Source: Veleropilina oligotropha
Taxonomy: Eukaryota
Assembly (NCBI GenBank): GCA_048128005.1
Contig: JBEUKZ010000008.1
Location: 496,001-560,000, forward strand
Length of the DNA stretch: 64,000 nt
Direction of reading: 5' to 3'
The notes beneath the pieces are model-generated. The model was not told the DNA's origin and did not search any database. It was given only the letters and a program-made list of their open reading frames with translations. Shown in pieces: positions 35,446 to 48,971 of the stretch (its first letter is position 1; each line of letters starts with the position of its first letter). Position numbers and translations under genes: made by a program.

Positions 35446-36069
35446 GACAACATCCATGCTTCCAGAGACTATCTCTATATATAAAAAAGTAGAGTCTGTC
35501 CGTCTGTCTGTCTGTCCGCTATCTCCTCCGTAACCACTAGGCCGATCCTCACCAAAGTTTGCATGTCAACTAAGGGTACCCAGGGGATGGTCTTGGCCGC
35601 AAAATAATTTTAAATTTTGAAGAAAAAAATTCCAAAAAAAAATATTTTTAATTATTATTTTAGGCGAAAATATAAATTTTGCAAATTTTATGCAATTTGT
35701 AGTTGCCGCTGAATAAAGCTAAACAAGAACGACGCGTTCGAAATATGTCTTGACCTTTCTTTATTTCCCTCAAATTTTCATAACAGTTAATACAATGGCT
35801 AAGTGCAAGTACTTCATGGCTTAATTTACTACCCCGTCGAATGTGACGTCACCAAATGCCGATTAATCTAAAGCGACGTCGTAATGACGTCATTGCCATT
35901 TGCTTGCAATATTAGACATCAGTTATATACAAATATGGATAAAAGTGCTCAATAAATGCATATTTTTGCAAAATTGTGTCGCGAAAGTTATATACACGAC
36001 CTACAAATACTCTTGGGAATGTGTGTACCAATTTTGGTGAAAATTGAGCGGGTAGTTTTCAAATAAATC

Positions 36070-36075
<6 letters not shown>

Positions 36076-36155
<80 letters not shown>
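36076..36155. repeat. (TA)n microsatellite
   Basis: About 40 TA units. Confidence 0.98.
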
Positions 36156-36160
<5 letters not shown>

Positions 36161-37769
36161 GAGCATTAATTAAGCACCACCGAAGTCAAATTCCATTTTC
36201 TGAAAAGTTGGTGCAACAAGGCTGCCATAACTTTGCCGGTGACAGTGGACATGTATTGCACGTGCAATGCGAATTATCACAGATGGCCTGCGCCGAACAC
36301 AGGTCACGTGCACAATCGAGACTCAAAGGGGGGTATACATTCTGAACATGCTGTTTGTGTCATCCATTGTGCAATGGTGATTGTTGAACGCTCATGGTGC
36401 GATTTGGCTGAAATCAGTTGTTAACGGCATGGCGAGACGAAGAATAGCAGAAAATACATGGTGACAAATCATTGGGATGCATGATGCCGACATGTCATGC
36501 CGAACAATTGGGGCTGATTTGAACATCAATCACACGGTGATTAGTCGACTTGTGAGGAAGCACACTTTGACCGGATACGTTAAGGATCAACCAAGGCCGG
36601 GCCAACCAAGGAAGACCACCCCACGGGAAGACAGGTCGCTGATTCGATTGGCCAGACGCAAGCCCATGACCCACGCTGCAGAACTGCGTGTTCAATGGAG
36701 AGTGGGGGTCCGACTGTCCACGAGCACCATCAGGAGGAGGCTCAGAGCTGCCGGGTTGCATGCACGTCGTCCCATCAGACGTCCGCTACTCACGCAGAGA
36801 CACATGCATGTCTGGCATGGTGTTTGATGAGACAACACCACAATTTGAGAACATGGCGCAGGGTACACTGGTCGGATGAAAGTCGCTTCCTTCTGAACGT
36901 CACTGACGGCCGCTGTCGGGTATGGAGACGTCGTAACGAGGCATACCAACAGCACATGATCCATCCAACCATACCCTTTGGTGGTGGTTCTGTGATGGTA
37001 TGGGGCTGTGTGTCCAACGATTGTAAGATGGACCTACTCACAGTGCAAGGGACATTAAATGGCCAACGCTACCAGAATGAAATCCTGGATGCCGCTGTGT
37101 TGCCTCATTTCGACAACCACACACTCGCCAGACGCCCGATCTTCATGGATGACAATGGCAGGCCGCATCGCGCCAGAGCTGTTGTCGATCATTTGCGGAC
37201 CAATGCAATTGAGACTCTCCCTTGGCCAGCCAGAAGCCCGGACCTCAACCCGATAGAGCATCTATGGGATTACCTTGGCCGTCAAGTGAGAGCTAGGGAC
37301 CCTCCAGTTCAGAATTTGCAGGAATTGATGCTTGCTCTCCATCTGGAATGGCAGAGGATTCCCATGTTCCGCATCCGACGTCTGATCGCCACCATGAGAC
37401 GCCGTGTTGCTAATGTCATCAATGTGAGGGGTGGATACACCAGATACTGATGCTACTGTCCGTGGTTATTCCCAAGATGGCAATAATCATTTCTTGAACA
37501 GTGTGTGACAGTCGGATCCGTAGATTAATCTGGGTGATGATACTTTTCAGCATAGCTGAGAGGCATGTTTTGGGGCTTCATGCCAAAATGCCAATAAATC
37601 ACTTCCAATCACCAATGTCGGCTTCTTTCTTTGTTTAATGTCAGTGCGGGATGTTCTGTTTCACAATTCATTATTATTTCGTGGTATTTGCAACGATAAT
37701 TCACAACACTCACTTTTTGAACATTAACATATCATGAAATGTGGGTGGTGCTTAATTAATGCTCAAGTA
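36156..37769 (+). mobile_element. Tc1-family DNA transposon, full length
   Basis: TIRs of about 26 bp (TGAGCATTAATTAAGCACCACC core), TA flanks and an internal transposase gene. Confidence 0.93.
36429..37450 (+). pseudogene. Tc1 DD34E transposase (premature stop and frameshift)
   Basis: MARRRIAENTW*QII; RPGQPRKTT; WSDESR; DDN followed by 34 residues to the E in SPDLNPIEHLW; frameshift near 36805. Confidence 0.93.
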
Positions 37770-39244
37770 TATATATATATAAGTATATAAGTATATAAGT
37801 ATATAAGTATATACACACGGACCATTTGATAATGTCTTGTCCTTTTTTACAAAAAGGTCAAGACATAAAAATGTCAATTAATGTGAGGGGCGCAGGCCCC
37901 ACGACGCTGAATTAGAGCTCCCAAAGGGAGCTCAATTCAGCTAGTATTCAATATCACGAAAACACTAAAAAAAAATCAAAATAAATTCCCAATATTCGAA
38001 CTGATGTGATTAAATGATCGGTAAAGTTTCAGAAAGCTAGAAATTCTCAATATGAAAACAAGAAATTCTGCAGAATTATATGACTGACTCGCCCACCCCG
38101 GCTTACCTTGAAAGGGGCCACATATTCAGTTTGCAAAGCAAGAATTCAGAAGAACTACATGTACCTACGCAGTGCTGATCCTAATAGAGTTGTTGTAAGA
38201 CTTGAAGTTTCAGAGAAACAGAAATTAAGACAAAATCTTATTATTATATACTCGAGATTAAATATATTTGCAGCAGCTAAACCATGATAAAATCATAGTA
38301 TCCCGGCCTATTGTCAGGGGACACAATGACTTGAACCTTGACCAGCTCAGAGGAGAGTGATATTAGACACTGGATACAGTCTGTTCTTGTAATGACAACA
38401 TACACTGCCATCTCATGATACCCATGGAATAAACCAGTGGGGAAGTCAGTTTTCAAAATCCATCTGATTTTGAGAATCCCAGCTTCACAGAGTGACCATT
38501 AAGCTTAACAGCTTGCTGTGCCTATTGGCAGTGAGCAAGTCTTACAGATAAGCACATGTCCCTTTCATCATACACACATAACACTTACAAAAATATCTGT
38601 TTCTTTTCTATCCTCAATATTTCAAGGCATAATTAAACTTTGTGCATGCACAGCGAAAATAAATCATGTAACATTTTCATTAAAAATGTTTTTTTATTTT
38701 TGGGGGGGGCGAGGTTGAGGGTGAACAAATCTGAAGGATTAACATGTTTAACAAGTTTTTACATGTTAAGTTTAATATTGAACTGATGTACGTTGTAGTG
38801 GAGAGATATCAATATATCATCTGGAAACAATACGCAAAACCTTCACACAATAATTAAACTTTGGGGGGGGGGGGGTGAGCATGAGGTTAGGGGGAAAGCA
38901 ATACCTATGTTTCGTTCCCTACGGGCAAGACAAAAATTGAAAATCACATCCATGCTTCCAGAGACTATGTTCAAACGTCCTGAAAAGTCACCAAAAAACC
39001 CATATGTTTTCATAATAAATACATGTCCAATATTCGAACTTGATCTACCAAATTATGTGGTTAGTTCATCTGTAAAGTTTCGGAAAGCTCGCATTTCTCT
39101 AAATGGCAAAAAAAGATGTGAGAAAATCCGGGACGGATGCACGGATGCGGATACTATGTTCCCCGTCCGCCCGATAGGCGGCAGAGGACAATATTAGTAG
39201 GAAGAAATAAGCAGGCATGACTAGGTGGACCAGACCAGATGAGC

Positions 39245-40050
39245 CCATCCTGGTGGGACAAAACTGAGAGCCAACACTGGTGAGACAAAACTGGGAGCCA
39301 AGATTGGTGAGACAAAACTGGGAGCCAAGACTGGTGGGACAAAACTGGGAGCCACGACTGATGGGACAAAACTGGGAGCCAAGACTGGTGGGACAAAACT
39401 GGGAGCCAAGACTTATGGGACAAAACTGGGAGCCACGACTGATGGGACAAAACTGGGAGCCAACACTGGTGGGACAAAACTGGGAGCCAAGACTGATGGG
39501 ACAAAACTGAGAGCCAACACCGGTGGGCCAAAACTGGGAGCCAAGACTGATGGGACAAAACTGAGAGCCAACACCGGTGGGCCAAAACTGGGAGCCAAGA
39601 CTGATGGGACAAAACTGAGAGCCAACACCGGTGGGCCAAAACTGGGAGCCAAGACTGATGGGACAAAACTGGGAGCCAACACCGGTGGGCCAAAACTGGG
39701 AGCCAAGACTGATGGGACAAAACTGGGAGCCAAGACTGATGGGACAAAACTGGGAGCCAAGACTGATGGGACAAAACTGGTAGCCAAGACTGGTGGGACA
39801 CTCCTGGGAGCCCAGACTGGTGAGACAATCCTGGTGAGCCAAGCCTAGTGAACCAAACCTGGTGAGCCAATCGTGGCGGGACAAACCTGTGAGCCAAGAC
39901 TGTTGGTACAAACCTAGGAGCCAAGACCGGTGAGCGAATCCTGGTGGGATAAACCTACTGAACAAAGCGTGGTGTGCCAAGCTGAGTGAGCTAAGCCTAT
40001 TGAGCCAAGCATGGTCAGCCAAGCTGGGTGAGATAAGCTTGATGGGGAAA
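39245..40050. repeat. 27-bp minisatellite with a divergence gradient
   Basis: Unit GGGACAAAACTGGGAGCCAAGACTGAT; homogeneous to about 39790, then progressively degenerate. Confidence 0.93.
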
Positions 40051-43000
40051 ACTTAGGTGTTTTATTTTAGCTAGGAATAGAAAAGGCTGTGATCACGTGA
40101 TCAGACATCTTCAAGATAACAAAGAAAATGCTGGAACTGAACAGACTTGTGTATCTTTTGACAAAAATTAAAGAATAAATGAAAGATATGATTCTAGCAA
40201 CTATATATTCAATCACATACATAGAAATAGTCGAATCTCCATTTATTTATCCTGAAGACATTGTGGCAAGACATTTTGGCAAACAGGTAAATTTAATATG
40301 TATACTGAATATTATGAGGATACGCCACATATTTTAAATATATTCCCTGCACTCTGCCTGTCTGGCTTGAATATTTCATATTCAAACATTTAACCTACAT
40401 AATTAGTTCTCCTAAATGCATATAAATGCCACAGTTAGAGCCTCATAAATCTGCCTGAAATATTTACTACACATTTATATGTGAACAGGATCATTATTTA
40501 TGACATTGTCAACAATAAGTTCATCATAATTGGGCTGACAACGTTTTTATGATGAAAGCATGGTATCATTTATCCATGTAAATAATGAGAATAACAATGT
40601 ATTGTGGGGAGGCTATGAAGGATTTAATCAATTCACTCTACAAATGATATGTTGTGAACCGGTTCAACAATTTTTCAGTCAGATCTCTAGTCGAAACCTC
40701 CACTTAATGTCTTGATTAGAAGGATGAGAAACAGGCCTCGATTTTTAGACCATCCCTTAAATTTATTAGTTTTTAGGATTAAAATAACCACGCCAGTGCA
40801 GAAATCGAACCCGCATCCTAAGGTCCCACTTAACGTTTTTCCGCTGCTTTGGGTGTCCAATATTTTTACTGCTCAACATTTTAATATTGCAACCTTAAAT
40901 TTTATAACCGCTCTAGAATATTCCTACCTCTATCAAATACATCAAGATGTTGCAGATATCGCTGATGATACAGCCATGCCATCATGGCTGATAACTTTGT
41001 GTTCGCAGACAACATGTTGTCCATTTTAACTTATATGAACAAAAAACCTTCAAAGTTCAGGACAAAATATGAACAAAAATTGACCCGTTACCAATGAGCT
41101 ATATACAGATATTTTGATAACAATCCTTGTGCATGTCCTTCCTTGATATTTCTATTACTTCTTTTATGCACTTTATCGCAATTTCATATTTTATTAGTTA
41201 TAAAATATTTAATATAAACATATTTGATGACAAAAGATTCAATGTGTTCAACACTTGATATCGCAGCTGCCATTGTGTTGGATGGATGCGAAATGCCTGT
41301 GGTGTGCAGACACATGAAGTATACACCAATATGGCCACCATTGTTATTCATTGTATCAAACAGGTCACGCAAATAAACACCTTTGTTGTGAGTTTCTTGT
41401 GACCTATATCAATGGAAATAAACCTGCACAAATCTTTCATATTATAAAGTTACAATAATTACTTTAGAGAAATCACATTAAGTCATTGATACCTGTAAGG
41501 TGTAAAGGTTAATAATATCCTTTAGCTACTCTGCATGGGTTTGTACGGGAATTTTAATGTATCTTTTTCACATGGATAAAAAAGACAATTTGTTTATATG
41601 CTTAATTTTATAGTGTCTGAAGGAAGACACAATGTTCTGGAGGATCTAATGGAAATATTAGTGATCGACACCTTGGGAAAAAGGGGAATATATTGAAATG
41701 CCACCGTAACGATTCTGGATCATGGAAATCATCTATTTCATGATCAAGTATAACTTTATTATGGTAGGAAGGTTATATCTGCGGTTCAAGTATAATATAT
41801 TCATATTTTCAAGGCAACACATTTAAATTAGTAGTCTGATAAACCATGGAATTTATCGTCTAGGAGGATAATTATGTTATGGGAGGAATATTGCATCAGT
41901 TAAGTGAAGTAGAATTTACTCACATTTCAAAGAAACAGACGACAGACAATGCGATCATATTGATTATGAACATGAACCGATACAAGAAAGGGGAAAAGGT
42001 AGATTTATCACAGTCAAACATGCAATTTAAATTATACTCATTCAAACTCTAAAGTTGCTTCTATTTTCTATTTATATAATGTAATAAACTTGTCAAATGA
42101 AGTTAAAAACTATGATAATTAAGTACCCAATGAACCATTCTTGTATACATACCATTTACATAAGAGACTTATGTCATGAGGTGTTTACTGCTCTAAATCT
42201 CTTTTAAATCTGATTATAGGATGAGAAGCCTATTCTATGTTATCTCAGTTAAACGGCTCATTGAGAAAATAAGCCATGGTACTTACGTTTTACAACAAAA
42301 GACGTCAAAATACTCTGACACTGCTATCGAAGTGTGGTCCGGATTAATTAAACGCGGCCGTTCATTGGCCTATTGTGCTATGACAGGCCCCACACGTATC
42401 TATTTTTACACAAACAATAACTTCACGTTCGTCTAGTTACTATCTGGTTTCTTGTTCAACAGGTATATTTTTCGCGCTGTACATTAAAGAAATTGTGAAT
42501 ATGATTGCTTCCTTAAGCAGTCTTCTCCTATTCAGAATGGCTCGCTGACTGCCAAATTGCCCGGTCAAGCATGGATTGTAAACAGCCATGGGCTACCTAC
42601 TGTAACAGAGACTTCAACTTGAACACACAGGTATTCCATGTATGCCTCGATCACAACAGGTAACCTATATGCAGCGAATGCACTCAAAGTTCATTATGTT
42701 TTATCCAATTGCGAAAAATAACGTTACTTTGTTCTGAACAAGTTTACAAATCATTATGTGATGTTATTGTTAACAACAATTGAGATTTTCACTTGGGAAC
42801 ATGTACGTTGCTCTATGTTCTTAAGATGATATGTCTTGAGTTGGCATTGCTTGTTAATCCCCTCCATTCACAGTAAGGTAATGAAATGAACAATAGATAA
42901 ACGTTATTTCACCTGAGGAATTCTATGCATGTACATTACCTGCATTCCGGAACTGATATCGAAACATCGCGATACAGCTGACGTCGTCCTACGGCGATAT

Positions 43001-43875
43001 TGAGGAACCAACGCTGTGTCGGATACCAGGAATAAACGCAGACAAAAGCCTCTCTTTAAATGGCTTTGATACAATTTAATCGAGTAGCAAATATACAGCA
43101 CTCGAGATAGTAGGCCAAAGAAAACCCTCAAGGTTCAAATCAAGAGTTAAGACTTGGTATGCAAGCTGGACAGGGGATAAATTACTCCTAGAGCAAACAC
43201 ACAACATCCGCAGAGGTCAACGGCATAATTAATGTTTGATATATACATCTATCACTCCAGTAACATGAGGGCTTAATTGTCTTATGATAAGTGGAGGTAA
43301 AAACAATACGCAAAAAGGTGTGTTATCATTTGATATTGACATAAATAAATGATGAGGTTGTCATTGTCATGGCAGGATATTGATGATCAAAATTAATGAA
43401 GGTACAAACAGCTGGATTAATTTATAATTCATATGTTTATATAAAACCTGACGATATTAACATAGTACTTAAACCAGCTGTTGAAATTTTGCTGGTGTAA
43501 ATTTCCTGGTACATGTATATTAAACACTTGATTGTTGTGTTCTTGCAGGATATGTCTGTATAGGTTAGCTATATCACAAGGTTTAGTCATCGAATCGTGA
43601 GAAGCCTGCAGTTAAACTATGAGGTACAGAGTGCCATTATAGTTACTTCACTATGGAGGCTTCTCCGATTAGACAAAACAAACCGACTGACATAACACTT
43701 AAGACTTAAACCATTGCAACAAATTCTAAAACGCACACTAATTTACAATATACGATAATAAGAACCTCATTGTTAGTGTTCAAAAGTGATTCCGGATAAC
43801 CATCAATATGATCAGTTAAACCATGAGTCAAGGCAATAAGATGATTTTATAGTTAAGTGTGCATGATGCTACCAT

Positions 43876-44802
43876 AACTAGAGTTATCACAGGAGCGATC
43901 TTATACCCCCGCTTGACCCAGAAACCGGCTGTTGCATACACACATGAAGTCTCGTGTCCCTCGGTCAAATAGTATTGGAGATATGGAGCGGAAGGGAATT
44001 TTAGACAATGCGGTGAAGCGTGAAAAGTAGGTGGTGGTGACCTACTTTTGGTACGCGACATACCTTTGGGTTATTACACATACACACATCAAGTTTCGTG
44101 TCCCTAGGTCAATAGTATGTGAGATATAGGGCGGAAGGGAATTTTGGACCAAATGCAGTGAAGCGTGAAAAGTAGGTCGCAGTGACCTACTTTCATTATG
44201 TGACACACATTAGGGGACACATCAAGTTTCATGTCCCTCGGTCAAATATTACGGGAGATATGAAGTGGAAGGAAATTTTGGATCAAGTGAGTGAAAAGTG
44301 GGTCGCGGTGACCTACTTTCGGTATGCGACATACCTTTGCGTTATTACGCATCCACACATCAAGTTTCGTGTCCCTAGGTCATATATTATGTGAGATATG
44401 GAGCGGAAGGGAATTTTGGACCAAATGCGGTGAAGCGTGAAAAGTAGGTCGCAGTGACCAACTTTCGTTAGGACAATGACATAACACGCATTACCAGATG
44501 AGGAAATAGCAGTGTCAGTCAATTTACTTATGAACTGATGAACTGATATCAAGTTTCTTGTCCCTCGGTCAAATAGTACGGGAGATATGGAGCGGAAGGA
44601 AAATTTGGATCAAATGCAGTCAAGCATGAAAAGTAGGTCGCAGTGACCTACTTTCAAAACGTGACACACCTTTGGACTATGGCGCATCCACATATCAAGT
44701 TTTGTGTCCCTAGGCGAAATAGTATCGGAGATATGGAGCGAATGGGAATTTGCAGCCGACTCTTATATGCCCGCCCCCCTTAAACTTCGTTTGTGGGGCA
44801 TA
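43876..44802 (-). mobile_element. HINE family 1 (about 6 internal units)
   Basis: Same ends and ~145-bp units as 10251-10783. Confidence 0.82.
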
Positions 44803-44979
44803 ATAACTATTTTAATGCAAAAAGTTTAAAGCATGCATTTACATTCTTATGGGGTCAGTGGCTATAAGTCTCAATTATCTTATTATAAATGGTTACGGTT
44901 GATCACAACCGAAGTCCTGAGATTTATGTCCAGTATAATAGTTTCTTCGTTGTTATTACTCACTTATAACTCCTACTGC

Positions 44980-45310
44980 TTAGCACATCAGAGCCTGTAT
45001 AATCACTCGCTATAGCACATCAGAGCCTGTATATCACTCGATTTAGTACATCAGAGCCTGTATATCGCTCGCTTTAGCACATCAGAGCCTGTATATCACT
45101 CGCTTTAGCACATCAGAGCCTGTATATCACTCGATTTAGCACATCAAAGCCTGTATATCACTAATTCCTTAGCACATCAGAGCCTGTATATCACTCGCTT
45201 TAGCACATCAAAGCCTGTATATCACTAATTCCTTAGCACATCAGAGCATGTATATCACTCGCTTTAGTACATCAAAGCCTGTATATCACTTGCCTTAGCA
45301 CATCAAAGCC
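44980..45310. repeat. ~31-bp minisatellite, about 10 copies
   Basis: Unit TTAGCACATCAGAGCCTGTATATCACTCGCT. Confidence 0.93.
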
Positions 45311-45967
45311 AGTGATCGAGAAAAGCACCATCTCCTGACTTACACTAATCTTAAATCAGTGGTGAGTGGAGGTAATTTTGTTGGCATTGTCAGGGGCTCA
45401 TCCCGCTGCGCTCGTGTCTATGTGCGCATACGTCGGACACACACTGTGTAGCATGAGGGTGTTGTCAGCGAGATGTATAACCAGTTGGGCTTAGCGAATT
45501 TGGACAATGACATAACTCGCATTACCAGATGAGGAAATAGCAGTGTCAGTCAATTTACTTATGAGCTGATAGCCGAGGAAACTGTGATCTAACCGGCTAA
45601 AATGCAACGCAACCCTACCACGACACAATCATGACTTTCTGTATGCTTTTCACAAGGGTCTGTCACAAAGACATGTAGGTAAACGCTATATTTGACATTA
45701 TGACATTATCGACAAATATAAGTTATCCTGTTGCTTCAATATATGCACTCATTCTCATGACAAAATAAACAACATGATGATAAGATGTCTACGACTATTA
45801 TTTACACACCTACTTTTCTTCTTATGCTTGGATCTGTTTACTGTAAAGTTAATTTAAACCGATCATTGAAAAATGTATGTCACACCATACACCGTAAAAT
45901 GTCAACGACCTTAACCTTTTCTAAGAATCCAATGGTTTCTGCTGTATCCAGTTTTTGGTGTAATTTC

Positions 45968-46476
45968 ACCCTGTTGTGTGGGATCGAGTGCGGACTCCGA
46001 ATCACTAGCTCCATTGTGCTAACTAACAGGAGTGGGTTGGAATCTCGGCAGGAGCATAATTACTAAGCATTGTTCAGTTATCAATTGCAGTTGTCCATAA
46101 TTGGCCGGAGAATGAGGATTTTCCCGGGGGATAATATGAACATGTCCCGCGATAATATGAACATGTCCCGCGATAATATGGACATGTTCCGCGATAATAT
46201 GGCCATGTTCCGCGATAATATGGACATGTTCCGCGATAATATGAACATGTCCCGCGATAATATGAACATGTCCCGCGATAATATGAACATGTCCTGCGAT
46301 AATATGAACATGTCCTGCGATAATATGAACACATTGTCCCGCGATAATATGAACATGTCCCGCGATAATATGGACATGTCCCGAGATAATATGGACATGT
46401 CCCGAGATAATATGAACAGGTCCTGCCTTGAACCTGATGGTTGTAAATATACAGAACATAAAGCATCCATCCATCC
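45968..46476 (+). mobile_element. SINE family S1 with an internal 21-bp tandem expansion (46130-46425)
   Basis: S1 head, body and tail flank about 14 copies of GATAATATGAACATGTCCCGC. Confidence 0.82.
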
Positions 46477-46704
46477 AAATAATAAACAGCATATAGTTAA
46501 TAATAAGAGTTCTTCATTTCCCTAATCATTTTTCTCCTGACAAATTCAATTATGTTTTTTAACAGAGAATAAGTTTGGATATGGTCCGTCGGCATATAAG
46601 GTGACAGCAGCTGCCTGACTTCTGATGATGGACTCCAGTGAAAAGGATCCCTCCTGATGTTGGATTAGATTTGATCGGAATCAATTTACTTAAATAATTT
46701 TAAC

Positions 46705-47030
46705 AATTTATCAGTCGTGTCTGTAGTAGGGGACCCGGTTTAACGTCTTATATAGACAGATGCTATGTGTAATGGAGATGACATATACCAGTGACATGTA
46801 TATAATATATGTATGCCTTGCATTGCAATGAACATCATGACATATATCAAGGTGTGGAGTGGTGCGATCGAATCAATTTAGTATAACGTCATATTGACAC
46901 TTAATTTATATAATCGCGACTGAAGACAGCAGTTTAGACCTCGGTTCAACATCACCTTACAAAGGATGACTTTTAAACATTAAAGTAAGCCACACCTGAG
47001 TGGGAATTGAACCAGCATTATAGCGTCTCA
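46705..47030 (-). mobile_element. Degraded tRNA-derived SINE
   Basis: B-box-like GGTTCAATTCCC on the minus strand and a SINE-like 3' end (ctacagacacgactgataaattgttaaa). Confidence 0.4.
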
Positions 47031-47114
47031 CTTTATAACGTTAAATTTACGATTCTCCATTTTAGTGTCCATATATGGGATAAACCAGAGTCGTAGTAAC
47101 GGATCCGGTGAATG

Positions 47115-47920
47115 CCGGTGTGAGATGAGATTTTCACCCCCATGAAATATTCACCCCCGGGTGAATATTTCATAGCGAAATCTTCACCCCCCCCATGAAA
47201 TTTCCCCCCCCCCCCCTCATGCAATTTCATGATGAAAGTCGCTGGGTGATTTAACCTTGAGAGGTGGATTAATTATATTCACCCCCCCATGAAATTTTAT
47301 CTGAAATCGAATGATAAATTAATTCAGCAACATACACTTTGGAAAATGTCTTACAATATCAAAAGTTCATTGATTACAAATGAACTTTATGCATGTAATC
47401 CCCAAGTTGGTTTGTAGTAATTACTTTGTTTTCATTTTGTCAACATTTTCCTTTGAAGTCAAGTTACTTACAAATTACAGCAAGAAAACACGAACAATGC
47501 AACCAACCAGTGTTACTTGGTTGATTGATTTCATTGAACTTACAAATATAGTAAAATTGAAAATCTTACGCATTTAATACTAGCATACAAGATGCAATCA
47601 AATATTATTATGTTCTTGTCAAAACCTCACCAAATACTACAGACCATGTTTACATTTATTTTGCTTCACATAATACTAGATCATAACCTCAAAAAGTATA
47701 TTGTCAGAAAAACTAATGCCTGTCATAACAAGACAATGTAAAATATGTATTAAAGGAAATTTCTGTTTTTTAGATATGTTGTGGGGGTGAAAATATCATA
47801 GAGGGGGTGAAGATTTCGCTATGAAATATTCACCCGGGGGTGAAATTTTCATAGCTTTTTCTATGAAATATTCACACCGGGTGACTATTTAATGGGGGTG
47901 AAAATTTCATATGACACCGG
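47115..47920. mobile_element. MITE with CCGGTGT termini and repeated TGAAATATTCACCCC motifs
   Basis: Imperfect TIRs CCGGTGTGAGATGAGATTTTCACCCC / GGGGTGAAAATTTCATATGACACCGG; the TSD is unclear and the superfamily is unassigned. Confidence 0.8.
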
Positions 47921-48352
47921 ATTAAATATTCAGCAGTCCCTTTTATAATGCATATTTGCAAATGTTCCATTCACTCATACATACAGTGTTAAAAATAGTT
48001 CATAAATGTTATCACTTAGAATGCAGAAGAGTTTTCACACCGTTAATTGTCAAAATTTCCCTCCGCATGGAGCCCTGCCCACCATGCGGACCGTTGACAG
48101 TACATTGTAAAATTTGTTACTGCCGGACTAAAAGAAGGCAGTTTCCTTTTGGCATGCATATGAATATGTGGAAAACAACAGAGGCATATCCTTTATACCA
48201 TCAAAATTCATAAACAGTCTTTGTATAGAAATGAAACACCGAGGAATCTTATATCGACCGAGCCAACCCAGAGTCATCACAGAAATTTTGATTAGTGATC
48301 AGGTGAGAACTATGTAAGGAGTTTATATAAATATCAAAACAGACAGACAAAA

Positions 48353-48971
48353 ATAGAGCTATCACAGAAGTGATCACATGCCCCCATGAAAGCATTTGAC
48401 CCATAAACAGGCCGTTGCATACACATATGAAGTTTCATGTCCCTTAATCAAATAGTATGGGAGGTATGGAGCGGAAGGGAATTTTAGACTGAATGCGGTC
48501 AAGTGTGAAAAGTAAGTGGTGGTGACCTACTTTCGGTAAGCGAAATACCTTTCAGTTATGACGCATACACATTTGAAGTTTCATGTCCCTCAGTAAAATA
48601 GTATGGGAGATATGGAGCGGAAGGGAATTTTGGATCAAATGTGGTCAAGCGTGACAAGTAGGTTGCGATGACCTCTTTTGGTTTGCGACACACCTTTGAG
48701 TTATGACGCATAGACACATCCAGTTTCATGTCCCTCGGTCAAATAGTATGAGAGATATGGAGCAGAAGGGAATTTTGGATTAAGTGAAGTAAAGCATGAA
48801 AAGTAGGTCGTGGTGACCTACTTTCGGTACGCGACACACCATTGGGTTATGATGCATGCACACATCAAGTTTTGTGTCCCTCGGTCAAATAGTGTCCGAG
48901 ATATGGAGCGGAAGGGAATTTGCAACAGACCAGCCGACAGACAAACCCTAAACTTCGTTTGTGGGGGCCTA
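48353..48971 (-). mobile_element. HINE family 1 (about 4 internal units)
   Basis: Same ends and units as 43876-44802. Confidence 0.82.

Larger units (their letters stand above)
35723..37867 (-). mobile_element. HINE family 3 interrupted by a Tc1
   Basis: ACAAG plus GAACGACGCGTTC hairpin and ATGTCTTGACC at one end; ATGTCTTGTCC..GGTCAAGACAT at the other; inserted in an A run; the same end occurs at 52282. Confidence 0.8.
35472..37944 (+). mobile_element. Non-autonomous Helitron interrupted by a HINE and a Tc1
   Basis: A|TC start at 35472; hairpin plus CTAG|T end at 37944; the two halves match 33876-34195. Confidence 0.88.
34860..38100. repeat. Degenerate tandem-unit repeat element hosting nested insertions
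   Basis: Recurring units (cagagactatg...attcgaacttgat...aagtttcagaaagcta) at about 34870-35290, continuing at 37945-38075; related sequence at 38940-39195. Confidence 0.6.

Noticed and set aside
39099..40022. Repetitive ORFs of 256-307 aa
   Set aside because: They are translations of the 27-bp tandem repeat, open in several frames, with no splice or start support.
46019..46525. His/Ile-rich and Cys/Tyr-rich repetitive ORFs
   Set aside because: They are translations of the 21-bp expansion inside a SINE.
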